From NCBI GenBank assembly GCA_044345405.1, contig JBIJBE010000062.1, forward strand, positions 1 through 16,459: a DNA stretch of 16,459 bases, written 5' to 3'. Positions 1-6,759 of the stretch are shown here, one piece after another. Position 1 is the first letter of the stretch; each line of letters opens with the position of its first letter. The notes beneath the pieces are model-generated. The model did not search any database, was not told the origin of the DNA, and saw only the letters and a list, made by a program, of their open reading frames with translations. Source of the stretch: Bdellovibrionota bacterium (lineage in GTDB: Bacteria; Bdellovibrionota_C; UBA2361; OMII01). A program made the position numbers and the translations under genes.

Positions 1-21
1 ACCAAGAAAGGATTAGCTATT

Positions 22-71
22 AGGGGTTCGTTCCTCTCATGGCCTCATGAGACTCGAACCCCTTCCTTTTT
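22..71 (+). terminator. Stem-loop with T-rich tail, probable intrinsic terminator of a convergent gene left of the window (possibly bidirectional)
   Basis: AGGGGTTCG (22-30) pairs with CGAACCCCT (55-63). Inner TCTCAT (35-40) pairs with ATGAGA (47-52). Followed by TCCTTTTT on +. Lies just past the stop of the minus-strand HD gene (78). Confidence 0.5.
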
Positions 72-77
72 GGGGCG

Positions 78-665
78 CTACGCTCCAACTCCAAATAACT
101 GCTGAGCGAGTGGCTTCATCGCCTCAATGCAATTCGCGGTGTGCTGCTCAAGCGCGATGTCGAGCTCCTCAGATCCAAGACGGATATCATCACGGTTACA
201 TCCACGAGCGAAGGCTTTATCTTTAAACTTCTTCATCACCGACTTCACTTCGAGGTTGAAGATCGATTTGTCAGGTCGAACGAGAACGCTCGCGGTGATG
301 AGTCCTGAGAGTTCGTCAACGGCGAAGAGAACCTTCGCCATCAGGGTATCTCGTGGAACGTTCGAGTAGAGCGCATGCCCGAGGATCGCCCGTTGCATCG
401 TCTCTGGATATCCGAGCTCGGCGAGGATTGAGCATCCCTTAAAGGGGTGCCCGTTGGGGCTCACCGGCTCAGGAAACATCTCGTAATCGAAATCGTGCAG
501 GAGTCCGGTGTTGCCCCACATCTCAAGGTCTACCGACTCACCTTGCTTGGTGAAGTACTCACCGTACCACCGCATGCACGCTTCAACGCTGTGCGCGTGA
601 TTAATCAAGCTCGGTGACTTCGTATATTCATGCAGGAGCGCAAGCGCTTCATCTCTGGTCTTCAT
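78..665 (-). CDS. HD/HDIG-domain metal-dependent phosphohydrolase
   Basis: 195 aa with HAHSVE, GLLHDFDYE, HP..G, AILGHA and LFAVDELSG motifs of the small stand-alone HD hydrolases. Starts 6 nt after the upstream stop. Confidence 0.85.
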   Translation of the reverse strand: MKTRDEALALLHEYTKSPSLINHAHSVEACMRWYGEYFTKQGESVDLEMWGNTGLLHDFDYEMFPEPVSPNGHPFKGCSILAELGYPETMQRAILGHALYSNVPRDTLMAKVLFAVDELSGLITASVLVRPDKSIFNLEVKSVMKKFKDKAFARGCNRDDIRLGSEELDIALEQHTANCIEAMKPLAQQLFGVGA

Positions 666-671
666 AGCGAT

Positions 672-1184
672 TTAGAGTTGTGCTGGATTAACGGGTTGTT
701 GAGGGGTCGCGGCGTACACCTCAAGGAGCTTTAAGAGATTTTGAAGTTGGATGTTGTCCTGCACCGCGTCGCTATCGATCGTGGTTGAGAAAGAGCCCGC
801 TTCATCGCTGACCGTGATCGTGACTTGGGATTCTTTTTTGCCTGAGGATTGTGGAATGCCGAAGGCCTTCGACTCTTTGAGTAGTTGGAGCACCCGAGAT
901 GTTTGGGCGCGGTCGTTCGCGTCAGCGAGGGAGCGGGATGGGAAGTTGAAGGTTGAGCTACTCAATCCACCATTAACTTGAATCGTAACCTGCAGTTTGG
1001 ACTTGCTCGCGTCCTCAGGATTCTCGCTCTCTAGGGTGCTCGCCGCCTTAGGATACCAGTCGTTGAATGAGGCGAGCTGCTCACTTTCCAGATTATAGGA
1101 GAGGGTATTGAACGCGATGAGCGCGGCGCTTGCCACGATCGCTACAAGGGTCGACTTTGAAAGGATCACACGAACGAGCTTCAT
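672..1184 (-). CDS. Hypothetical protein with N-terminal transmembrane/signal segment (170 aa)
   Basis: Open frame between two real genes, with hydrophobic stretch LVAIVASAALIAF after a basic N-terminus. ATG at 1184 is preferred to the ORF-track TTG at 1220, which coincides with a -35 box. Confidence 0.7.
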   Translation of the reverse strand: MKLVRVILSKSTLVAIVASAALIAFNTLSYNLESEQLASFNDWYPKAASTLESENPEDASKSKLQVTIQVNGGLSSSTFNFPSRSLADANDRAQTSRVLQLLKESKAFGIPQSSGKKESQVTITVSDEAGSFSTTIDSDAVQDNIQLQNLLKLLEVYAATPQQPVNPAQL

Positions 1185-1191
1185 TCGGGGT

Positions 1192-1220
1192 AGGATAATG
1201 ACCTCGGGTGAGGAGGTCAA
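1192..1220 (-). promoter_or_regulatory. Sigma70-type promoter TTGACC-N17-TATCCT with overlapping inverted repeat
   Basis: Minus strand: -35 TTGACC (1220-1215), 17-nt spacer, -10 TATCCT (1197-1192), 7 nt, then ATG at 1184. Inverted repeat TGACCTC-N7-GAGGTCA at 1199-1219. Confidence 0.6.
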
Positions 1221-1263
1221 ATACTTGTACAGGGATAAAAGTGAAGTTGTAACGCCGTCTTAC

Positions 1264-2652
1264 CTAAGCGAGACGCTTTGTGGCTTCCGCCAAGAGGGTC
1301 TCCTTAGTGTTCATAGCCGGGTCCTCAATGACGAGCTCCTCTAGTTCCTTGATGAGCTTCCCCATCTCAGGACCCGGGTTCACGCCGAGCGCTTTGAGAT
1401 CCTCTCCGGAGATCGCGAGTTTGCCGTAGGAGGGGCCGGAGATCTTCGCCAGCTCCGTCGTAAGGAGTTGATCGAAGCGGCCGGCTACATTTTGAAATTC
1501 CTCATCAGTAAAGGTGGGAGGGGAGTCCGCCGCTTTGAATTGGCGCCACTGGGCAAGCTGAGGCCCCAGGTCTCGAATGATGCGACGAACCCCGGGCGCT
1601 CCGCAGTCGAGGGGGCGCATGTGGTGGCGAACGATCGAGGCGATCGCGCGGGTATCGTCCGTTGAGAATCGAAGTTCCTTCATCCTCTTTTTGGAGAGAT
1701 CCTCACTTACCGTTTCGTGGGAATAGAAGTGGCGGCTTCCGTCTGGATCAACGGAGAGGGTGTGAGGTTTGCCGATATCGTGGAAGATAGCGGACCATCG
1801 TAAAATGAGGTCCTGTGGTGTTCGCTCAAGGACCCACAAGGTGTGTTCAAAGACATCGTGGATGTGAAACTTATTCTGCTCAAAGCCGACGGACGGGATG
1901 AGTTCGGGGATCGTATACGGGAGCGCCCCGATCTCGTGAATCTTTCGGATGCCGAGGTGAGGGAAGGGGGACAGGAGGATCTTATCGAGCTCCCCCTTAA
2001 TCCGCTCATGACTGACCTTGGCGAGAAGCTCGACCTGCTTCTTCGCCGCCGTGAGCGTTGAGTCCTCAATGGTACGTCCCTGCGCGTCACCGAAACGGAT
2101 CATGCGAAGGATGCGGAGGGGGTCCTCGATGAAGCGTTCCTCGGCGGAGCCGACCCCTCGAACGATATTGTGCTCAAGATCGGAGAGTCCGTTGAAGGGA
2201 TCGATACACTGATGTGAGGCGACATCGAACGCGAGCGCGTTGATGGTAAAGTCCCGTCCCGAGAGGTCGGTCGTGATATCGCGCGCGGTTGTGTGCGAGT
2301 CCCGCGAGCTTGGAACGCGAAAGGTGGTAATCTCGATATGAACCTCATCGATCACCGCGAGCACCGTTCCGTGTTGTATTCCCGTTTCTATAATCCGTAT
2401 GCCACGCTTGTCGCACCGCTCCTTAATTTCAAGAGCCGTGAGCGAGGTGGCGAGATCGAGATCGGTATCGGCTGTGGTGAGAAAGGAGTCTCGTACTGAG
2501 CCTCCAACGAGGTAGAGTTCGGCTGGCGAGAGCGCGGTTATGAGAGCTTTAAGGGGCGGGCGCCCAATCAGGTGGCGCAGGTGTGCCTCAGCGTCGCTAC
2601 GACTTCGCTGATGGTTGGAGGAAGATGTGCCACGCTTCGGGGACGTTTCCAT
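1264..2652 (-). CDS. cca: Class II tRNA nucleotidyltransferase (CCA/CC-adding family) with HD domain
   Basis: Motifs LVGGSVRD, DLDLAT, EITTFR, GRDFTINA and EDPLRILR. HD module HDVFEHT...FHDIGKP...RHHM. C-terminal ISGEDL..LG..PGP.MG. Exact start uncertain (ATG 2652 overlaps the HNH gene by 56 nt). Confidence 0.9.
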   Translation of the reverse strand: METSPKRGTSSSNHQRSRSDAEAHLRHLIGRPPLKALITALSPAELYLVGGSVRDSFLTTADTDLDLATSLTALEIKERCDKRGIRIIETGIQHGTVLAVIDEVHIEITTFRVPSSRDSHTTARDITTDLSGRDFTINALAFDVASHQCIDPFNGLSDLEHNIVRGVGSAEERFIEDPLRILRMIRFGDAQGRTIEDSTLTAAKKQVELLAKVSHERIKGELDKILLSPFPHLGIRKIHEIGALPYTIPELIPSVGFEQNKFHIHDVFEHTLWVLERTPQDLILRWSAIFHDIGKPHTLSVDPDGSRHFYSHETVSEDLSKKRMKELRFSTDDTRAIASIVRHHMRPLDCGAPGVRRIIRDLGPQLAQWRQFKAADSPPTFTDEEFQNVAGRFDQLLTTELAKISGPSYGKLAISGEDLKALGVNPGPEMGKLIKELEELVIEDPAMNTKETLLAEATKRLA

Positions 2653-3112
2653 GAAACTTCACATTCAGTACGGGGAGCCAATCGGGCTTCACCGGTTTCG
2701 AAAGGAGCTTCATGTGAGCCTCCTTCGGAGTTCTGCCACCCTTCTTCCTGTTACACGTGGCGCAGGCGCACACGATATTTTCCCAGGTCGTTTTGCCTCC
2801 CTGACTCCGTGGTACCACGTGGTCGAGGGTCGCTTCCTTGGTGGTCATCTCAAGGTTGCAATACTGACACCGAAAGCTGTCTCTCGCCAACACGTTCGCC
2901 CGAGAAAGAGGAGGGGAGCGTCGGCCGACACGGAAAAATCGTAGTAACCTGACAACGGCGGGGGCTTTAATCGCCATCGACACGGACCGGATGTGGTGAT
3001 CGTACTCCTCTATGATCTCGACCTTGCCCAGGAAAAAGAGTCCGACGGCGTTCTGCCAGGAGATAACCTTTAAGGGTTCGTAGGAGGCGCTGAGAAGTAG
3101 TACGGAGGACAT
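2597..3112 (-). CDS. HNH endonuclease (McrA-like, zinc-binding)
   Basis: 171 aa with RD..RCQYC, TLDHVVPRSQGG, WENIVCACATCNRKKG. The N-terminal VLLL.ASYEPL is typical of a widespread stand-alone HNH family. Confidence 0.9.
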   Translation of the reverse strand: MSSVLLLSASYEPLKVISWQNAVGLFFLGKVEIIEEYDHHIRSVSMAIKAPAVVRLLRFFRVGRRSPPLSRANVLARDSFRCQYCNLEMTTKEATLDHVVPRSQGGKTTWENIVCACATCNRKKGGRTPKEAHMKLLSKPVKPDWLPVLNVKFHGNVPEAWHIFLQPSAKS

Positions 3113-3165
3113 GGGGTAAACGCTTTAATCGTTATGCACGTGTCACTAGGAGGTACCTACTTGTA

Positions 3166-3194
3166 AGTATCCGGATCTCTCGTAGATTGCGCAA
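3166..3194 (-). promoter_or_regulatory. Possible promoter for the HNH-cca unit (TTGCGC-N17-GATACT)
   Basis: Minus-strand hexamers at 3194-3189 and 3171-3166 with a 17-nt spacer, about 50 nt upstream of the HNH ATG. Only partial consensus. Confidence 0.3.
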
Positions 3195-3365
3195 GGAAAA
3201 TCCCCCGCTAATCCAGTGTAATCCAATACTTAGATGTTGTGGAAACGGAGAGCTCTCCGTCCCTCGTATATTTAGATGCGCGATTCGAAGAGAAGATGTT
3301 GAGAAGAGCATGAGATGAAAGTCAGCGAGGTGTCGGAAAAATGAGAGGAAGGGTGGCCCCTTAGC

Positions 3366-3394
3366 TTGACACTTGTGCGAGTAGCATTTACTTT
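3366..3394 (+). promoter_or_regulatory. Sigma70 promoter of tRNA-Ile (TTGACA-N17-TACTTT)
   Basis: Perfect -35 at 3366-3371, 17-nt spacer, -10 TACTTT at 3389-3394, 19 nt before the tRNA. Confidence 0.8.
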
Positions 3395-3413
3395 CCCACT
3401 TCGCAGCGGAGAC

Positions 3414-3490
3414 GGGCCTGTAGCTCAGCTGGTTAGAGTACACGCCTGATAAGCGTGAGGTCGGTAGTTCGAGTCTACCCAGGCCCACCA
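3414..3490 (+). tRNA. tRNA-Ile (anticodon GAT)
   Basis: 77 nt. Acceptor GGGCCTG/CAGGCCC, anticodon arm CACGC-CTGATAA-GCGTG, T-arm GGTAG-TTCGAGT-CTACC, encoded CCA end. Confidence 0.98.
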
Positions 3491-3527
3491 AATCCTCCAA
3501 AAACCTCAAATAGTTGAGGTTGAAGGA

Positions 3528-3556
3528 TGGACTTTGTAGAGCAGTCTCCATAATAT
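3528..3556 (+). promoter_or_regulatory. Candidate internal promoter of tRNA-Ala (TGGACT-N17-TAATAT)
   Basis: -35 at 3528-3533, 17-nt spacer, -10 at 3551-3556, 20 nt before the tRNA. Same geometry as the tRNA-Ile promoter. Preceded by hairpin AACCTCAA-ATAG-TTGAGGTT (3502-3521). Confidence 0.5.
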
Positions 3557-3576
3557 GCGGCGCACCAAATAATCGT

Positions 3577-3652
3577 GGGCCTGTAGCTCAGTTGGTAGAG
3601 CATCAGCCTTGCAAGCTGGGGGTCCAGAGTTCGAATCTCTGCAGGTCCACCA
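3577..3652 (+). tRNA. tRNA-Ala (anticodon TGC)
   Basis: 76 nt. Acceptor GGGCCTG/CAGGTCC with the G3:U70 alanine identity pair, anticodon arm TCAGC-CTTGCAA-GCTGG, T-arm CAGAG-TTCGAAT-CTCTG, encoded CCA. Confidence 0.98.
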
Positions 3653-3698
3653 CGATTCTTCTTCCCCCACAATATATAATTCCGCCGACGTCGGGCCA

Positions 3699-3803
3699 CC
3701 CTGTGCCTGGGGGGGGGGTCGTCCCCGACCCCCCTGTGCCTGGGAGGGGGGTCGTCCCCGACCCCCCTGTGCCTGGGAGGGGAGTCGTCCCCGACCCCCC
3801 TGT
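3699..3803 (+). repeat. 33-bp tandem repeat x3, each carrying a REP-like hairpin
   Basis: Unit CTGTGCCTGGGAGGGGGGTCGTCCCCGACCCCC at 3701, 3734 and 3767, with single substitutions in copies 1 and 3. Stem GGGGGTCG-TCCC-CGACCCCC. Confidence 0.95.
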
Positions 3804-3840
3804 TGGGTTCGGTCAAATTTCCTTGCGATGCATAATCTTT

Positions 3841-4291
3841 CGGCGACCAGGAATGGTCGCCCTCCGGTTGTAAGACTCGTGACATCGGAGGGCGCGCATT
3901 CTTGCGCGCCATGTGCTTGCGTTCGATGAATTTCCTGTCCGATTCGTGACATTCCGGCGACCAGGAATGGTCGCCCTCCGGCTGTGGGACTTGTGACTTC
4001 GGAGGGCGCGCATTCCTGCGCGCCGTATGCTCGCGTTCGGTGAATTTTCCGTCCGATTCGTGACATTCCGGCGACCAGGAATGGTCGCCCTCCGGTTGTG
4101 GGGGTCGTGACATCGGAGGGCGCGCATTCTTGCGCGCCATGTGATTGCGTTCGATGAGTTTCCTGTCCGATTCGTGACATTCCGGCGACCAGGAATGGTC
4201 CCCCTCCGGCTGTGGGACTCGTGACATCGGAGGGCGCGCATTCCTGCGCGCCGTGTGTTTGCGTTCGGCGAATTTCCCGTGCGGGTCGTGA
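3841..4291. repeat. 114-bp tandem repeat x4 of inverted REP-like pairs (REPIN/BIME-like array)
   Basis: Units start at 3841, 3955, 4069 and 4183. Each holds GGCGACCA-GGAA-TGGTCGCC-CTCC (minus-oriented; one mismatch in copy 4) and GGAG-GGCGCGCA-TTCY-TGCGCGCC (plus-oriented). A degenerate partial unit lies at 3803-3840. Confidence 0.95.
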
Positions 4292-4300
4292 TTGGATTCC

Positions 4301-5266
4301 CTACGCCCCAACCCGCCGCGCCGTTTTGCGAACGATCTCTTCGGCGCCTACGCCGATAAGGATCACGCCACCGATAATCGCGAACTCGAGCTGCGTCGGA
4401 ATATCGAGCAACACGATCGCGTTGCGGAGCACCTGCATGAGCGCCGCGCCGATTATCACGCCTGAGATGCTCGCTTCGCCACCTCGCAGGCTACATCCAC
4501 CAAGCACGGCGGCCGCGATGGCATACAGCTCATAGAAGTTTCCGAAGTCCGAGGGCTGCGCGGAGTTAACGTCGAGGATGAAGAGAACGCCGCTTACCCC
4601 GGCAAGGGTGGCGCAAATGACGTAGGCGATAAGCTTGATAAGGTCTGTGCTGATGCCGCTATAGCGCGCGGCTGTCTCGTTCCGACCGAGCGCCCGAAGG
4701 TAAAGTCCATAGCGCGTGCGATTCAGGGCAAAGGACGCGATTAGGGCGACCGCGATGGTTACAAACACAACGCTCGGTATCGCCACGGGGAGGAGTCCGC
4801 CAAGGGAGATCTTGGTCAGCGCGATAGAGCGCAGTCCCTCAAACTCCAGTCCAAATCCTTGTGTTTGATCTCCAGTAACTCCGCGGGTGATTCCGCGATA
4901 GAGGAGGAGGCCACACAAAGTAACGATGAATGGCTGTAGTTTGAGCTTTGTGATGAGAACACCATGAAACGCTCCTAAAATCGCCGCGACGAATAGCAGT
5001 AGCGCCATGGAGGGGAACCACGGCCACCCGTTTGACGCGGTCATCCACGGAAGGAGCGTTCCTACGAGACACACCATGGAGCCGATCGAGAGATCGATGC
5101 CACCGCTCGTAATCACGAACGCCGCTCCGATGCTGATAAGGGAAAATAGGGCGGTTCGACGCAAAAGGTTCTCGACGTTAACCGGTGAGAAGAAGCGATC
5201 GTTGAGAAGGTACGTTACGACACACGCCGCTACGAGGAGGAGGAAAAGACCGAGATTCTTCTTCAT
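4301..5266 (-). CDS. Monosaccharide ABC transporter permease (RbsC family)
   Basis: 321 aa, hydrophobic, with GGIDLSIGS, PFIVTL, TRYG..LRALG.N..AARYSGI and YEL.AIAAAVLGG.SL.GG motifs. ATGA overlap with the ATPase gene. Confidence 0.93.
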   Translation of the reverse strand: MKKNLGLFLLLVAACVVTYLLNDRFFSPVNVENLLRRTALFSLISIGAAFVITSGGIDLSIGSMVCLVGTLLPWMTASNGWPWFPSMALLLFVAAILGAFHGVLITKLKLQPFIVTLCGLLLYRGITRGVTGDQTQGFGLEFEGLRSIALTKISLGGLLPVAIPSVVFVTIAVALIASFALNRTRYGLYLRALGRNETAARYSGISTDLIKLIAYVICATLAGVSGVLFILDVNSAQPSDFGNFYELYAIAAAVLGGCSLRGGEASISGVIIGAALMQVLRNAIVLLDIPTQLEFAIIGGVILIGVGAEEIVRKTARRVGA

Positions 5267-6759
5267 GCCGCTACCTGTTGATGGGTTGACGCTAGGCTCA
5301 TGATCGCGTGCTCAGATGCCTCTTGCCGGGAGAGGTCACCCTTAATTTCACCATCGCTCATCACGAGCACTCTATCCGCGATGCCGAGTACCTCTTCCAG
5401 CTCGCTCGATACAAAGAGAATAGCCATGCCTTGTTCGGCGAGTTGGAAAAGAATGGAGTAGATCTCCCGTCGTGCCCCGACGTCGACCCCGCGTGTTGGC
5501 TCGTCGAGGAGGAGAACGGACGGGTTAGTCGAGAGGCATCGACCTATAACAACCTTCTGTTGATTGCCACCCGAGAGGTTCTTTGTTAGCTGCTCTCCCG
5601 ACGCGCATCGGATACGGAGGGACGCTATAAAAGAATCGCCCAACTGTCGCTCCGCCGAGAAATCACGAAGGGCGAGCGCGCTCTTTCGCGCTCGATCGGA
5701 CAGGATGATATTCTCTCGGATGGAGCTCTCAAGGATCACGCCTTGCTCTTTGCGGCTCTCAGGGACAAGGGCAAGGCCGGAGTCCCACCCTTCTCGTGGG
5801 GAGGAGATCGTTACCTCGCTCCCATTAATAAAGAGGGAACCAAGGCATGGAGGGGTAATTCCAAAGACGCTCTCTAGAAGCTCGCTGCGACCGGAGCCAA
5901 CGAGCCCCGCGATGCCAACGATCTCACCCCTATGAACGGCGAAGGAGGTTGGCGTGTGGTGCTCGCTCGCTTGGAAGTTTTGAACTCGCAGAGCCTCCTC
6001 GCCATGAGGGCGTGGTGTATAGCCGTAGATGTCGGAGATCTCACGCCCCACGATCATCGTAATAAGTTTGTCCCTGGTGATATCGGGCGCGATTGCTTCC
6101 CCTGAGTTCTTGCCATCTCGGAGCGCGACGATGCGGTCGGAGATCTCTTGAACTTCAGGGAGGCGATGAGAGACGTAGAGGATAGAGACACCTTGCGCCT
6201 TGAGCTTTTTGATAAGCTGGAGGAGCGTTTTGCTATCCTCCTCACTTAAGCTCGATGTCGGTTCATCGAAGATAAGAAGTTGGGTTTCAAACGACAACGC
6301 GCGCGCGATCTCAACCATCTGACGTTGCGCGGTCGAAAGGGTCGCTACCAGACGGTGCGGATCGAGAGAGAGTCCGAGGCGAGCGAGACCTTCGCGGGTG
6401 GTGGACTCGATCTTCTTTCGATCGAGCATACCGAACCGTGTTGGCTCGTGACCTAACAGGAAATTTTCCGCGATGGTTAGGTTCTCCGCGAGGTTTAACT
6501 CTTGATGGACGATTCCGATACGAGCCGCGAGCGCCTCGCGGGGATGGGAAAAAGTGACGGGGGTTCCACGTAAGGTGAGGGTTCCCGAGTCAGGCTGTGT
6601 GATTCCGCAGATGATCTTGGCGAGCGTGCTCTTTCCGGCGCCGTTTTCCCCGATAAGCGAGACCACCTCGCCTTGTTTGAGGGACAGGGATACATCAGAC
6701 AGCACCGTCGAAGCACCGAACGATTTGTATATCCCTATCGCCTCAAGGAGGATGGTCAT
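5263..6759 (-). CDS. Monosaccharide ABC transporter ATP-binding protein (RbsA/MglA family, two NBDs)
   Basis: 498 aa. Walker A GENGAGKST, DEPT Walker B twice, degenerate second Walker A GLVGSGRSE, signature LSGGNQQKV. Confidence 0.95.
   Translation of the reverse strand: MTILLEAIGIYKSFGASTVLSDVSLSLKQGEVVSLIGENGAGKSTLAKIICGITQPDSGTLTLRGTPVTFSHPREALAARIGIVHQELNLAENLTIAENFLLGHEPTRFGMLDRKKIESTTREGLARLGLSLDPHRLVATLSTAQRQMVEIARALSFETQLLIFDEPTSSLSEEDSKTLLQLIKKLKAQGVSILYVSHRLPEVQEISDRIVALRDGKNSGEAIAPDITRDKLITMIVGREISDIYGYTPRPHGEEALRVQNFQASEHHTPTSFAVHRGEIVGIAGLVGSGRSELLESVFGITPPCLGSLFINGSEVTISSPREGWDSGLALVPESRKEQGVILESSIRENIILSDRARKSALALRDFSAERQLGDSFIASLRIRCASGEQLTKNLSGGNQQKVVIGRCLSTNPSVLLLDEPTRGVDVGARREIYSILFQLAEQGMAILFVSSELEEVLGIADRVLVMSDGEIKGDLSRQEASEHAIMSLASTHQQVAA

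Noticed and set aside
1264-2652. Poly(A) polymerase (pcnB) assignment
   Set aside because: Lacks the G(R/K)(R/K)F upstream signature (has TGIQHGTV instead) and carries an HD domain typical of tRNA nucleotidyltransferases.
3394-3404. TCCCACTTCGC matches the reverse complement of part of the 30-nt insert at 12606-12635
   Set aside because: Only 11 nt, located in the tRNA promoter/leader, and without the rest of the element. Compatible with chance.
3132-3551. 139-aa ORF containing VGLGRLELPTSRLSGVYSNQLSY
   Set aside because: Classic antisense translation of tRNA-Ile.
3350-3702. 10-bp inverted repeat AGGGTGGCCC / GGGCCACCCT flanking the tRNA pair
   Set aside because: Short and GC-rich. The left arm lies upstream of the promoter, so it cannot form a processing stem. 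The right arm may instead be a collapsed REP remnant (3685-3701).
3841-4291. CRISPR array
   Set aside because: The sequences between hairpins are near-identical copies rather than unique spacers, the hairpins alternate in orientation, and no cas genes are present.
3475-4311. Long repetitive minus-strand ORFs (278, 224 and 142 aa) and plus-strand ORFs 3514..3873 and 3609..3929
   Set aside because: Most overlap tRNA genes. They stay open because the GC-rich units (33 and 114 nt) are multiples of three and stop-free in several frames at once. No recognisable protein.
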